DNA of 49,610 nucleotides from Escherichia coli (GTDB lineage Bacteria; Pseudomonadota; Gammaproteobacteria; Enterobacterales; Enterobacteriaceae): NCBI RefSeq assembly GCF_003334305.1, contig NZ_QOWS01000028.1; one strand, 5' to 3'. Shown piece by piece: positions 18,945 to 30,800 of this stretch (position 1 is its first letter; each line of letters starts with the position of its first letter). The notes under the pieces were generated by a model. It saw only the letters and a program-made list of their open reading frames with translations, ran no database searches and was not told where the DNA came from. The position numbers and the translations under genes were made by a program.

Positions 18945-20444
18945 ATGAGCATCTTGTACGAAGAGCGTCTTGATGGCGCTTTACCCGATGTCGACCGCAC
19001 ATCGGTACTGATGGCACTGCGTGAGCATGTCCCTGGACTTGAGATCATGCATACCGATGAGGAGATCATTCCTTACGAGTGTGACGGGTTGAGCGCGTAT
19101 CGCACGCGTCCATTACTGGTTGTTCTGCCTAAGCAAATGGAACAGGTGACAGCGATTCTTGCTGTCTGCCATCGCCTGCGTGTACCGGTGGTGACCCGTG
19201 GTGCAGGCACCGGGCTTTCTGGTGGCGCGCTGCCGCTGGAAAAAGGTGTGTTGTTGGTGATGGCGCGCTTTAAAGAGATCCTCGACATTAACCCCGTTGG
19301 TCGCCGCGCGCGCGTGCAGCCAGGCGTGCGTAACCTGGCGATCTCCCAGGCCGTTGCACCGCATAATCTCTACTACGCACCGGACCCTTCCTCACAAATC
19401 GCCTGTTCCATTGGCGGCAACGTGGCAGAAAATGCCGGCGGCGTCCACTGCCTGAAATATGGTCTGACCGTACATAACCTGCTGAAAATTGAAGTGCAAA
19501 CGCTGGACGGCGAGGCGCTGACGCTGGGATCGGACGCGCTGGATTCACCTGGTTTTGACCTGCTGGCGCTGTTCACCGGATCGGAAGGTATGCTCGGCGT
19601 GACCACCGAAGTGACGGTAAAACTGCTGCCGAAGCCGCCCGTGGCGCGGGTTCTGTTAGCCAGCTTTGACTCGGTAGAAAAAGCCGGACTTGCAGTTGGT
19701 GACATCATCGCCAATGGCATTATCCCCGGCGGGCTGGAGATGATGGATAACCTGTCGATCCGCGCGGCGGAAGATTTTATTCATGCCGGTTATCCCGTCG
19801 ACGCCGAAGCAATTTTGTTATGCGAGCTGGACGGCGTGGAGTCTGACGTACAGGAAGACTGCGAGCGGGTTAACGACATCTTGTTGAAAGCGGGCGCGAC
19901 TGACGTCCGTCTGGCACAGGACGAAGCAGAGCGCGTACGTTTCTGGGCCGGTCGCAAAAATGCGTTCCCGGCGGTAGGACGTATCTCCCCGGATTACTAC
20001 TGCATGGATGGCACCATCCCGCGTCGCGCCCTGCCTGGCGTACTGGAAGGCATTGCCCGTTTATCGCAGCAATATGATTTACGTGTTGCCAACGTCTTTC
20101 ATGCCGGAGATGGCAACATGCACCCGTTAATCCTTTTCGATGCCAACGAACCCGGTGAATTTGCCCGCGCGGAAGAGCTGGGTGGGAAGATCCTCGAACT
20201 CTGCGTTGAAGTTGGCGGCAGCATCAGTGGGGAACATGGCATCGGGCGAGAAAAAATCAATCAAATGTGCGCCCAGTTCAACAGCGATGAAATCACGACC
20301 TTCCATGCGGTCAAGGCGGCGTTTGACCCCGATGGTTTGCTGAACCCTGGGAAAAACATTCCCACGCTACACCGCTGTGCTGAATTTGGTGCCATGCATG
20401 TGCATCACGGTCATTTACCTTTCCCTGAACTGGAGCGTTTCTGA
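18945..20444 (+). CDS. glcD: Glycolate oxidase FAD-binding subunit GlcD (499 aa)
   Basis: MSILYEERLDGALPDVDRTS...; FAD-binding PCMH-type sequence; full length. Confidence 0.96.
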   Translation: MSILYEERLDGALPDVDRTSVLMALREHVPGLEIMHTDEEIIPYECDGLSAYRTRPLLVVLPKQMEQVTAILAVCHRLRVPVVTRGAGTGLSGGALPLEKGVLLVMARFKEILDINPVGRRARVQPGVRNLAISQAVAPHNLYYAPDPSSQIACSIGGNVAENAGGVHCLKYGLTVHNLLKIEVQTLDGEALTLGSDALDSPGFDLLALFTGSEGMLGVTTEVTVKLLPKPPVARVLLASFDSVEKAGLAVGDIIANGIIPGGLEMMDNLSIRAAEDFIHAGYPVDAEAILLCELDGVESDVQEDCERVNDILLKAGATDVRLAQDEAERVRFWAGRKNAFPAVGRISPDYYCMDGTIPRRALPGVLEGIARLSQQYDLRVANVFHAGDGNMHPLILFDANEPGEFARAEELGGKILELCVEVGGSISGEHGIGREKINQMCAQFNSDEITTFHAVKAAFDPDGLLNPGKNIPTLHRCAEFGAMHVHHGHLPFPELERF

Positions 20445-21496
20445 TGCTACGCGAGTGTGATTACAGCCAGGCGCTGCTGGAGCAGGTGAATCAGGCAATT
20501 AGCGATAAAACGCCGCTGGTGATTCAGGGCAGCAATAGCAAAGCCTTTTTAGGTCGCCCTGTCACCGGGCAAACGCTGGATGTGCGTTGTCATCGCGGCA
20601 TTGTTAATTACGACCCGACCGAGCTGGTGATAACCGCGCGTGCCGGAACGCCGCTGGTGGCGATTGAAGCGGCGCTGGAGAGCGCCGGGCAAATGCTTCC
20701 CTGCGAGCCGCCGCATTATGGTGAAGAAGCCACCTGGGGCGGGATGGTCGCCTGCGGGCTGGCGGGGCCGCGTCGCCCGTGGAGCGGTTCGGTCCGCGAT
20801 TTTGTCCTCGGCACGCGCATCATTACCGGCGCTGGAAAACATCTGCGTTTTGGTGGCGAAGTGATGAAAAACGTTGCCGGATACGATCTCTCACGGTTAA
20901 TGGCCGGAAGCTACGGTTGTCTTGGCGTGCTCACTGAAATCTCGATGAAAGTGTTACCGCGACCGCGCGCCTCCCTGAGCCTGCGTCGGGAAATCAGCCT
21001 GCAAGAAGCCATGAACGAAATCGCCCAGTGGCAACTCCAGCCGCTACCTATTAGTGGCTTATGTTACTTCGACAATGCGTTGTGGATCCGCCTTGAGGGC
21101 GGCGAAGGATCGGTAAAAGCGGCGCGTGAACTGCTGGGGGGCGAAGAGGTTGCGGGTCAGTTCTGGCAGCAATTGCGTGAACAACAACTGCCGTTCTTCT
21201 CGTTACCAGGTACCTTATGGCGCATTTCATTACCCAGCGATGCGCCGATGATGGATTTACCCGGCGAGCAACTGATCGACTGGGGCGGAGCGTTACGCTG
21301 GCTGAAATCGACAGCCGAGGACAATCAAATCCATCGCATCGCCCGCAACGCTGGCGGTCATGCGACCCGCTTTAGTGCCGGAGATGGTGGCTTTGCCCCG
21401 CTATCGGCTCCTTTATTCCGCTATCACCAGCAGCTTAAACAGCAGCTCGACCCTTGCGGCGTGTTTAACCCCGGTCGCATGTACGCGGAACTTTGA
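20444..21496 (+). CDS. glcE: Glycolate oxidase subunit GlcE (350 aa)
   Basis: ATGA-coupled to glcD; FAD-linked oxidase-like sequence. Confidence 0.95.
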   Translation: MLRECDYSQALLEQVNQAISDKTPLVIQGSNSKAFLGRPVTGQTLDVRCHRGIVNYDPTELVITARAGTPLVAIEAALESAGQMLPCEPPHYGEEATWGGMVACGLAGPRRPWSGSVRDFVLGTRIITGAGKHLRFGGEVMKNVAGYDLSRLMAGSYGCLGVLTEISMKVLPRPRASLSLRREISLQEAMNEIAQWQLQPLPISGLCYFDNALWIRLEGGEGSVKAARELLGGEEVAGQFWQQLREQQLPFFSLPGTLWRISLPSDAPMMDLPGEQLIDWGGALRWLKSTAEDNQIHRIARNAGGHATRFSAGDGGFAPLSAPLFRYHQQLKQQLDPCGVFNPGRMYAEL

Positions 21497-21506
21497 GGAG
21501 CAGGCT

Positions 21507-22730
21507 ATGCAAACCCAATTAACTGAAGAGATGCGGCAGAACGCGCGCGCGCTGGAAGCCGACAGCATCCTGCGCGCCTGTGTTCACTGCGGATTTTGTA
21601 CCGCAACCTGCCCAACCTATCAGCTTCTGGGCGATGAACTGGACGGGCCGCGCGGGCGCATCTATCTGATTAAACAGGTGCTGGAAGGCAACGAAGTCAC
21701 GCTTAAAACACAGGAGCATCTCGATCGCTGCCTCACTTGCCGCAATTGTGAAACCACCTGTCCTTCTGGTGTGCGCTATCACAATTTGCTGGATATCGGG
21801 CGTGATATTGTCGAGCAGAAAGTGAAACGCCCACTGCCGGAGCGAATGCTGCGCGAAGGATTGCGCCAGGTAGTGCCGCGTCCGGCGGTCTTCCGTGCGC
21901 TGACGCAGGTAGGGCTGGTGCTGCGACCGTTTTTACCGGAACAGGTCAGAGCAAAACTGCCTGCTGAAACGGTGAAAGCTAAACCGCGTCCGCCGCTGCG
22001 CCATAAGCGTCGGGTTTTAATGCTGGAAGGCTGCGCCCAGCCTACGCTTTCGCCCAACACCAACGCGGCAACTGCGCGAGTGCTGGATCGTCTGGGGATC
22101 AGCGTCATGTCAGCTAACGAAGCAGGCTGTTGTGGCGCGGTGGACTATCATCTTAATGCGCAGGAGAAAGGGCTGGCACGGGCGCGCAATAATATTGATG
22201 CCTGGTGGCCCGCGATTGAAGCAGGTGCTGAGGCAATTTTGCAAACCGCCAGCGGTTGCGGCGCGTTTGTCAAAGAGTACGGGCAGATGCTGAAAAACGA
22301 TGCGTTATATGCCGATAAAGCGCGTCAAGTCAGTGAACTGGCGGTCGATTTAGTCGAGCTTCTGCGCGAGGAACCGCTGGAAAAACTGGCAGTTCGCGGC
22401 GATAAAAAACTGGCCTTCCACTGCCCGTGTACCCTACAACATGCGCAAAAGCTGAACGGCGAAGTGGAAAAAGTGTTGCTTCGTCTTGGATTTACCTTAA
22501 CGGACGTTCCCGACAGCCATCTGTGCTGCGGTTCAGCGGGAACATATGCGTTAACGCATCCCGATCTGGCACGCCAGCTGCGGGATAACAAAATGAATGC
22601 GCTGGAAAGCGGCAAACCGGAAATGATCGTCACCGCCAACATTGGTTGCCAGACGCATCTGGCGAGCGCCGGTCGTACCTCTGTGCGTCACTGGATTGAA
22701 ATTGTAGAACAAGCCCTTGAAAAGGAATAA
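21507..22730 (+). CDS. glcF: Glycolate oxidase iron-sulfur subunit GlcF (407 aa)
   Basis: ORF 21360..22730 trimmed to MQTQLTEEMRQNAR...; two CxxCxxCxxxCP ferredoxin-type cysteine clusters (CVHCGFCTATCP, CLTCRNCETTCP). Confidence 0.94.
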   Translation: MQTQLTEEMRQNARALEADSILRACVHCGFCTATCPTYQLLGDELDGPRGRIYLIKQVLEGNEVTLKTQEHLDRCLTCRNCETTCPSGVRYHNLLDIGRDIVEQKVKRPLPERMLREGLRQVVPRPAVFRALTQVGLVLRPFLPEQVRAKLPAETVKAKPRPPLRHKRRVLMLEGCAQPTLSPNTNAATARVLDRLGISVMSANEAGCCGAVDYHLNAQEKGLARARNNIDAWWPAIEAGAEAILQTASGCGAFVKEYGQMLKNDALYADKARQVSELAVDLVELLREEPLEKLAVRGDKKLAFHCPCTLQHAQKLNGEVEKVLLRLGFTLTDVPDSHLCCGSAGTYALTHPDLARQLRDNKMNALESGKPEMIVTANIGCQTHLASAGRTSVRHWIEIVEQALEKE

Positions 22731-22734
22731 CAAA

Positions 22735-23139
22735 ATGAAAACTAAAGTCATTCTTAGCCAGCAAATGGCGAGTGCAATTATTGCCGCAGGTCAGGAAGAG
22801 GCGCAGAAAAATAACTGGTCGGTTTCCATTGCTGTTGCCGATGACGGCGGTCATCTGCTGGCGTTAAGTCGCATGGACGATTGCGCGCCGATTGCGGCTT
22901 ACATCTCCCAGGAGAAAGCGCGTACCGCCGCGCTGGGGCGTCGTGAAACTAAGGGCTATGAAGAGATGGTGAACAACGGACGTACCGCGTTCGTGACTGC
23001 GCCGTTATTAACGTCGCTGGAAGGCGGCGTACCGGTTGTTGTTGATGGGCAAATTATTGGTGCCGTGGGCGTTTCTGGTTTAACCGGAGCACAGGATGCG
23101 CAGGTCGCGAAAGCGGCAGCAGCGGTGTTGGCGAAATAA
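22735..23139 (+). CDS. glcG: GlcG (134 aa), heme-binding-like protein of the glc operon
   Basis: ORF trimmed to MKTKVILSQQMASAII...; overlaps the glcF end. Confidence 0.9.
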   Translation: MKTKVILSQQMASAIIAAGQEEAQKNNWSVSIAVADDGGHLLALSRMDDCAPIAAYISQEKARTAALGRRETKGYEEMVNNGRTAFVTAPLLTSLEGGVPVVVDGQIIGAVGVSGLTGAQDAQVAKAAAAVLAK

Positions 23140-23160
23140 GCGAAAACGAGGAGATAAACA

Positions 23161-25332
23161 ATGAGTCAAACCATAACCCAGGGCCGTTTACGCATTGACG
23201 CCAATTTTAAACGTTTTGTGGATGAAGAAGTTTTACCGGGAACAGGGCTGGACGCTGCGGCGTTCTGGCGCAATTTTGATGAGATCGTTCACGATCTGGC
23301 ACCAGAAAATCGTCAGTTGCTGGCAGAACGCGATCGCATTCAGGCGGCGCTTGATGAGTGGCATCGCAGCAATCCGGGGCCGGTAAAAGATAAAGCGGCC
23401 TATAAATCTTTCCTGCGTGAACTGGGCTACCTGGTGCCGCAACCGGAGCGCGTGACGGTGGAAACCACGGGCATTGACAGCGAAATCACCAGTCAGGCGG
23501 GGCCACAGCTGGTGGTTCCGGCAATGAACGCCCGCTACGCGCTGAACGCGGCGAACGCTCGCTGGGGCTCACTGTACGATGCGTTATACGGCAGCGACAT
23601 CATCCCGCAGGAAGGGGCGGTGGTCAGCGGCTACGATCCGCAACGCGGTGAGCAGGTTATCGCCTGGGTTCGGCGTTTCCTCGATGAATCTCTACCGCTG
23701 GAAAACGGCAGCTATCAGGATGTGGTGGCGTTTAAGGTGGTCGATAAACAATTACGCATCCAGTTGAAAAATGGTAAAGAAACCACGTTACGTACCCCGG
23801 CGCAGTTTGTCGGTTACCGTGGCGATGCCGCTGCGCTGACCTGCATTTTGCTGAAAAATAACGGCCTGCATATTGAACTGCAAATTGATGCCAACGGGCG
23901 GATTGGCAAAGACGATCCGGCGCACATCAACGATGTTATCGTCGAAGCTGCTATCAGTACCATTCTCGACTGCGAAGATTCGGTCGCGGCGGTTGATGCG
24001 GAAGATAAAATCCTGCTGTACCGCAATCTGCTGGGCCTGATGCAGGGGACTCTGCAAGAGAAAATGGAGAAAAACGGTCGACAAATCGTGCGTAAACTGA
24101 ATGACGATCGTCATTACACCGCCGCCGATGGCTCTGAAATTTCTCTGCACGGACGCTCGCTGCTGTTTATCCGCAACGTGGGTCATTTGATGACCATTCC
24201 TGTGATTTGGGACAGCGAAGGCAATGAAATCCCGGAAGGCATTCTTGATGGCGTCATGACTGGCGCGATCGCCCTCTATGATTTAAAAGTGCAGAAAAAC
24301 TCGCGCACTGGCAGCGTCTATATTGTGAAACCGAAAATGCACGGTCCGCAGGAAGTGGCGTTCGCCAACAAACTGTTTACCCGCATTGAGACAATGCTCG
24401 GTATGGCACCGAATACCCTGAAAATGGGCATTATGGATGAAGAACGTCGGACCTCGCTGAACTTGCGTAGCTGTATCGCTCAGGCGCGCAATCGCGTGGC
24501 GTTCATCAATACCGGTTTCCTCGACCGTACCGGCGATGAAATGCATTCGGTGATGGAAGCTGGCCCGATGCTGCGTAAAAACCAGATGAAATCGACGCCG
24601 TGGATCAAAGCCTACGAGCGTAATAACGTGCTTTCCGGTCTGTTCTGTGGGCTGCGCGGTAAAGCGCAAATTGGTAAAGGCATGTGGGCAATGCCGGACC
24701 TGATGGCAGACATGTACAGCCAGAAGGGCGACCAACTGCGTGCCGGGGCAAACACAGCCTGGGTTCCGTCACCAACCGCTGCTACGCTCCATGCGCTGCA
24801 CTACCACCAAACCAACGTACAGAGCGTGCAAGCCAACATTGCCCAGACCGAGTTCAATGCTGAATTTGAACCGCTGCTGGACGATCTGCTGACTATTCCG
24901 GTGGCTGAAAACGCTAACTGGTCGGTGGAAGAGATCCAACAAGAGCTGGATAACAACGTGCAGGGGATTCTGGGGTACGTGGTGCGCTGGGTGGAGCAGG
25001 GGATTGGTTGTTCAAAAGTTCCGGATATTCACAATGTGGCGCTGATGGAAGACCGCGCAACGCTGCGTATCTCCAGCCAGCATATCGCCAACTGGTTACG
25101 TCACGGTATTCTGACCAAAGAACAGGTGCAGGCGTCGCTGGAGAATATGGCGAAAGTGGTTGATCAGCAAAACGCTGGCGATCCGGCTTATCGTCCGATG
25201 GCGGGGAATTTCGCTAACTCGTGTGCTTTTAAAGCTGCCAGCGATTTAATCTTCCTCGGCGTGAAACAGCCAAACGGCTATACCGAACCGTTATTACACG
25301 CCTGGCGTTTACGCGAAAAAGAAAGTCATTAA
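23161..25332 (+). CDS. glcB: Malate synthase G (723 aa)
   Basis: [27 protein letters not shown]...; length and sequence match malate synthase G. Confidence 0.97.
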   Translation: MSQTITQGRLRIDANFKRFVDEEVLPGTGLDAAAFWRNFDEIVHDLAPENRQLLAERDRIQAALDEWHRSNPGPVKDKAAYKSFLRELGYLVPQPERVTVETTGIDSEITSQAGPQLVVPAMNARYALNAANARWGSLYDALYGSDIIPQEGAVVSGYDPQRGEQVIAWVRRFLDESLPLENGSYQDVVAFKVVDKQLRIQLKNGKETTLRTPAQFVGYRGDAAALTCILLKNNGLHIELQIDANGRIGKDDPAHINDVIVEAAISTILDCEDSVAAVDAEDKILLYRNLLGLMQGTLQEKMEKNGRQIVRKLNDDRHYTAADGSEISLHGRSLLFIRNVGHLMTIPVIWDSEGNEIPEGILDGVMTGAIALYDLKVQKNSRTGSVYIVKPKMHGPQEVAFANKLFTRIETMLGMAPNTLKMGIMDEERRTSLNLRSCIAQARNRVAFINTGFLDRTGDEMHSVMEAGPMLRKNQMKSTPWIKAYERNNVLSGLFCGLRGKAQIGKGMWAMPDLMADMYSQKGDQLRAGANTAWVPSPTAATLHALHYHQTNVQSVQANIAQTEFNAEFEPLLDDLLTIPVAENANWSVEEIQQELDNNVQGILGYVVRWVEQGIGCSKVPDIHNVALMEDRATLRISSQHIANWLRHGILTKEQVQASLENMAKVVDQQNAGDPAYRPMAGNFANSCAFKAASDLIFLGVKQPNGYTEPLLHAWRLREKESH

Positions 25333-25346
25333 TAGCGTCAAAAAAA

Positions 25347-25372
25347 GCCCCGGCAAGTTTTATTGTCGGGGC
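25347..25372 (+). terminator. Hairpin immediately after glcB (possible partial terminator/attenuator)
   Basis: gccccggcaa / ttgtcggggc 10-bp stem (one G-U pair), 6-nt loop; no T-run follows, so termination efficiency is doubtful. Confidence 0.35.
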
Positions 25373-25687
25373 TATGATAGTAACTGCGGTAGTACATTTA
25401 TCCCGGAAATAACCGGAGCGATTATCAGGGTTTAACAATATTAAATACCCGTAGCGCATTACTAGCGGGCCTATAACAACAATATGGACATCTTAACGAT
25501 ACTCTGCGCCTGCGTGTGCAGAACAGAAACCCTTACCCGATATACTTGTTATGCCAGAGGTAGCAATTGCGTTAGCGGCGTACTGTTGCTGTAAAGTATA
25601 ACGCCTATATTTTACAGTTCAGTCCTCTTTTGCTTATTACAACCTTAAGTATATCAAGCATATAAAGATAATAAGAGACTGAACAAT

Positions 25688-27370
25688 ATGGTTACCTGGA
25701 CCCAAATGTATATGCCGATGGGAGGACTGGGGCTATCCGCTCTGGTCGCCCTGATCCCGATAATATTCTTCTTCGTTGCACTCGCGGTATTACGTCTGAA
25801 AGGACATGTCGCTGGAGCAATAACCCTTATATTATCTATCCTGATTGCAATATTCGCCTTTAAAATGCCGATTGATATGGCTTTTGCTGCTGCGGGCTAT
25901 GGCTTTATTTATGGATTATGGCCTATTGCGTGGATTATTGTCGCGGCGGTGTTCCTCTATAAATTAACCGTTGCCAGCGGTCAGTTCGATATTATCCGCA
26001 GCTCGGTTATCTCCATCACCGACGATCAGCGTTTGCAGGTGTTACTGATTGGTTTCTCCTTTGGTGCGTTACTGGAAGGAGCGGCTGGCTTTGGTGCGCC
26101 GGTGGCGATTACCGGTGCGCTGCTGGTGGGCCTGGGCTTCAAACCGTTATACGCGGCGGGGCTGTGTCTGATTGCCAACACTGCGCCAGTGGCGTTTGGT
26201 GCGTTGGGCGTGCCGATTCTGGTCGCCGGTCAGGTAACGGGAATCGATCCGTTCCACATTGGCGCAATGGCGGGACGTCAGTTACCGTTCCTGTCGGTTC
26301 TTGTGCCGTTCTGGCTGGTAGCAATGATGGACGGCTGGAAAGGGGTGAAAGAGACGTGGCCAGCGGCGCTGGTTGCTGGGGGAAGCTTCGCTGTCACTCA
26401 GTTCTTTACCTCTAACTATATTGGTCCGGAACTGCCGGATATTACTTCGGCGCTGGTGAGTATCGTCTCACTCGCTTTATTCCTTAAAGTCTGGCGGCCG
26501 AAAAATACCGAAACGGCAATCAGCATGGGGCAATCCGCAGGTGCGATGGTGGTAAATAAGCCATCTTCTGGCGGTCCCGTGCCTTCAGAATATAGTCTGG
26601 GGCAAATCATTCGTGCGTGGTCACCGTTTTTAATCTTAACGGTGCTGGTCACCATCTGGACCATGAAGCCGTTTAAAGCGTTATTTGCTCCGGGCGGCGC
26701 GTTTTATTCACTGGTGATTAATTTCCAGATCCCTCATTTGCATCAACAAGTGTTGAAAGCGGCACCCATTGTCGCCCAACCAACGCCAATGGATGCGGTG
26801 TTTAAATTCGACCCTCTCTCGGCTGGCGGCACCGCTATTTTTATTGCGGCGATTATCTCTATCTTCATCCTCGGCGTGGGCATCAAGAAAGGGATTGGCG
26901 TCTTTGCCGAAACGCTAATTAGTCTGAAGTGGCCGATATTGTCGATTGGCATGGTGCTGGCGTTCGCCTTCGTCACCAACTATTCCGGCATGTCCACCAC
27001 GCTGGCGCTGGTACTGGCAGGTACAGGCGTGATGTTCCCGTTTTTCTCACCGTTCCTCGGCTGGCTGGGGGTATTCCTTACCGGCTCGGACACTTCTTCA
27101 AACGCCCTGTTTGGTTCACTGCAATCGACCACGGCGCAGCAAATCAACGTCTCTGACACTCTGCTGGTGGCAGCAAATACCAGCGGCGGCGTAACTGGCA
27201 AGATGATCTCCCCGCAATCTATCGCCGTGGCCTGCGCCGCGACGGGCATGGTGGGCCGAGAATCTGAACTATTCCGCTACACCGTGAAGCACAGTCTGAT
27301 TTTTGCCAGCGTTATCGGCGTTATCACCCTGCTGCAGGCGTATGTGTTTACTGGAATGTTGGTCTCGTAA
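25688..27370 (+). CDS. glcA: Glycolate/lactate permease GlcA (560 aa)
   Basis: Polytopic membrane protein, [29 protein letters not shown]...; LctP family. Confidence 0.95.
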   Translation: MVTWTQMYMPMGGLGLSALVALIPIIFFFVALAVLRLKGHVAGAITLILSILIAIFAFKMPIDMAFAAAGYGFIYGLWPIAWIIVAAVFLYKLTVASGQFDIIRSSVISITDDQRLQVLLIGFSFGALLEGAAGFGAPVAITGALLVGLGFKPLYAAGLCLIANTAPVAFGALGVPILVAGQVTGIDPFHIGAMAGRQLPFLSVLVPFWLVAMMDGWKGVKETWPAALVAGGSFAVTQFFTSNYIGPELPDITSALVSIVSLALFLKVWRPKNTETAISMGQSAGAMVVNKPSSGGPVPSEYSLGQIIRAWSPFLILTVLVTIWTMKPFKALFAPGGAFYSLVINFQIPHLHQQVLKAAPIVAQPTPMDAVFKFDPLSAGGTAIFIAAIISIFILGVGIKKGIGVFAETLISLKWPILSIGMVLAFAFVTNYSGMSTTLALVLAGTGVMFPFFSPFLGWLGVFLTGSDTSSNALFGSLQSTTAQQINVSDTLLVAANTSGGVTGKMISPQSIAVACAATGMVGRESELFRYTVKHSLIFASVIGVITLLQAYVFTGMLVS

Positions 27371-27379
27371 ATCAATAAT

Positions 27380-27414
27380 GCCGGATGATCGTTAATATCA
27401 TCCGGCTTCATTTA
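27380..27414 (+). terminator. Rho-independent terminator after glcA
   Basis: gccggatgat / atcatccggc 10-bp stem, 7-nt loop, followed by ttcattt. Confidence 0.6.
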
Positions 27415-27855
27415 CATTATTCTGTCTTATTAATTGAAAATTATTTCTCGCTTTATTATCCATGCGGCAATAATGTTTTGTGTTCAGATAACCTGCTAAA
27501 TAATTAAGAGCGTGAGAACATCTATTTTTTTTATCACGCAAAACAAGTCTGTATTAATTATGTTCGCTTGATGAGCAAACACCGTTCTATCTGTTGCTTT
27601 TGCAATCTTAATCGTTAAAACTACCAACGAATTTATATAGTTGCGTTGTGAAATGTTGTTAATTTTTTGTTTATTGAAATTTCGTAAAAATAGCCAGCCA
27701 GACATCAAATAGGGGTTATTCTTATAAATTTCACCTGTTTTCTATCAATGATGTCGTTTTCTTAAGAATGGAGGAAATTATTAAAGAAGATAAAGCATAA
27801 AACTATTTCTCCCAGTTACGAATTTTTTAACATTGTTTTGTCACTTGCGTTATTA
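27415..27855. promoter_or_regulatory. Strongly AT-rich region upstream of sslE
   Basis: About 440 bp of AT-rich non-coding DNA with many A/T tracts directly upstream of the sslE start. Confidence 0.5.
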
Positions 27856-30800
27856 ATGAATAAGAAATTTAAATATAAGAAATCGCTTTTAGCGGCTATT
27901 TTGAGTGCAACCCTGTTAGCCGGTTGTGATGGCGGTGGCTCCGGATCTTCCTCCGATACGCCGCCTGTAGATTCTGGAACAGGGTCTTTGCCGGAAGTGA
28001 AACCTGATCCAACACCAAACCCGGAGCCGACGCCTGAGCCAACGCCGGACCCAGAACCTACGCCGGAACCGACACCTGATCCTGAGCCAACACCAGAACC
28101 GGAGCCAGAACCTGTTCCTACGAAAACGGGTTATCTGACTCTGGGCGGAAGCCTGCGGGTAACTGGTGATATCACCTGTAATGATGAATCCAGCGATGGC
28201 TTTACCTTTACACCAGGCGACAAAGTCACCTGTGTGGCAGGGTACAACACGACAATTGCTACCTTCGACACCCAGTCAGAAGCTGCGCGTAGCCTGCGTG
28301 CGGTTGAAAAAGTGTCGTTTAGTCTTGAGGACGCGCAAGAACTGGCGGGTTCCGACAACAAGAAAAGCAATGCGCTCTCGCTGGTCACCTCCATGAACAG
28401 TTGCCCGGCGAATACAGAACAGGTGTGCCTGGAGTTCTCCTCGGTGATCGAGAGTAAACGTTTCGACTCGCTGTATAAGCAAATCGATCTGGCACCGGAA
28501 GAGTTCAAAAAGCTGGTCAATGAAGAGGTGGAAAACAATGCCGCGACCGATAAAGCGCCATCCACTCATACTTCACCGGTCGTGCCCGCCACCACTCCGG
28601 GAACAAAACCGGATCTAAACGCTTCCTTCGTGTCGGCTAACGCGGAACAGTTTTATCAGTATCAACCCACTGAAATCATTCTCTCTGAAGGTCGACTGGT
28701 CGATAGTCAGGGGGATGGTGTTGTTGGTGTCAACTATTACACCAATTCCGGCCGTGGTGTAACCGGAGAAAACGGGGAATTTTCCTTTAGTTGGGGGGAA
28801 ACCATCTCCTTTGGCATCGACACTTTTGAGCTTGGTTCTGTGCGTGGTAACAAGTCGACTATTGCATTGACTGAACTGGGTGATGAAGTTCGCGGGGCAA
28901 ATATCGATCAGTTGATTCACCGCTATTCGAAGGCTGGACAAAATCACACGCGTGTAGTTCCGGATGAAGTGCGCAAGGTTTTTGCTGAATATCCCAACGT
29001 GATTAACGAGATTATCAATCTCTCGTTATCCAATGGTGCGACGCTGGGGGAAGGTGAGCAAGTCGTTAATCTGCCTAACGAATTTATCGAGCAGTTTAAG
29101 ACGGGTCAGGCCAAAGAGATCGATACCGCGATTTGTGCGAAAACCGATGGTTGTAACGAGGCTCGCTGGTTCTCGCTGACAACGCGCAATGTTAATGACG
29201 GCCAGATTCAGGGCGTTATCAACAAGCTGTGGGGCGTGGATACGAACTACAAATCTGTCAGTAAGTTCCATGTATTCCATGACTCTACCAACTTCTATGG
29301 CAGCACGGGTAATGCGCGCGGTCAGGCGGTGGTGAATATCTCCAACGCGGCCTTCCCGATTCTGATGGCGCGTAATGATAAAAACTACTGGCTGGCGTTT
29401 GGCGAAAAACGCGCCTGGGATAAAAATGAGCTGGCGTACATTACGGAAGCGCCTTCTCTTGTTGAGCCGGAAAACGTTACGCGCGATACCGCCACTTTCA
29501 ACCTGCCGTTTATTTCGCTGGGGCAAGTCGGTGAGGGCAAACTGATGGTTATCGGTAACCCACACTACAACAGCATTTTGCGTTGCCCGAACGGTTACAG
29601 CTGGAACGGGGGTGTTAATAAAGATGGGCAGTGTACGCTCAACAGCGACCCGGATGACATGAAGAACTTCATGGAGAACGTGCTGCGCTATCTGTCCGAC
29701 GATAAATGGACGCCGGACGCGAAAGCCAGCATGACCGTAGGCACCAACCTGGATACTGTCTATTTTAAACGTCATGGTCAGGTTACAGGAAACAGCGCTG
29801 CGTTCGACTTCCATCCGGATTTTGCGGACATCTCTGTTGAGCATTTAAGTAGCTATGGCGATCTCGATCCGCAGGAAATGCCGCTGCTGATCCTTAACGG
29901 CTTTGAATATGTGACTCAGGTGGGTAACGATCCTTATGCAATCCCGCTGCGTGCAGATACCAGCAAACCGAAGCTGACTCAGCAGGATGTGACCGATCTG
30001 ATCGCCTATCTGAACAAAGGTGGATCGGTGCTGATCATGGAAAACGTGATGAGCAATCTTAAGGAAGAGAGCGCGTCTGGTTTTGTGCGTCTGTTGGATG
30101 CCGCAGGTCTGTCGATGGCACTGAACAAGTCGGTAGTAAATAACGATCCGCAAGGGTATCCGAACCGCGTTCGTCAGCAGCGCGCAACGGGCATTTGGGT
30201 CTATGAACGTTATCCTGCCGTAGATGGTGCGCTGCCGTACACCATCGATAGTAAGACAGGGGAAGTTAAGTGGAAATATCAGGTAGAAAACAAACCTGAT
30301 GACAAACCGAAGCTGGAAGTTGCCAGCTGGCTGGAAGATGTAGATGGCAAACAGGAAACGCGTTATGCCTTTATTGATGAGGCCGATCATAAAACAGAGG
30401 ATTCTCTGAAGGCTGCGAAGGAGAAAATTTTCGCCGCGTTCCCGGGGCTGAAAGAGTGTACTAATCCGGCATATCACTATGAGGTCAACTGCCTGGAATA
30501 TCGTCCTGGCACGGGGGTTCCGGTTACTGGTGGCATGTATGTTCCACAGTATACGCAACTAAGCCTTAACGCCGACACTGCAAAAGCGATGGTGCAGGCT
30601 GCGGATTTAGGCACCAACATTCAGCGTCTGTATCAGCATGAGCTCTACTTCCGGACCAATGGTCGCAAAGGTGAGCGTCTGAGCAGCGTCGATCTGGAAC
30701 GTCTGTACCAGAACATGTCGGTCTGGCTGTGGAACGATACGAGCTATCGTTATGAAGAAGGCAAAAATGACGAGCTGGGCTTTAAAACGTTCACCGAGTT

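Noticed and set aside
28003-28122. Short tandem repeats considered as a possible CRISPR-like array
   Set aside because: Units are 12-15 nt, in frame within sslE, and encode a Pro-rich linker; no spacer/repeat architecture.
29026-30558. 272-aa and 237-aa minus-strand ORFs inside sslE
   Set aside because: Antisense to the SslE CDS, with low-complexity Arg/Val-rich translations and no motifs; chance ORFs.
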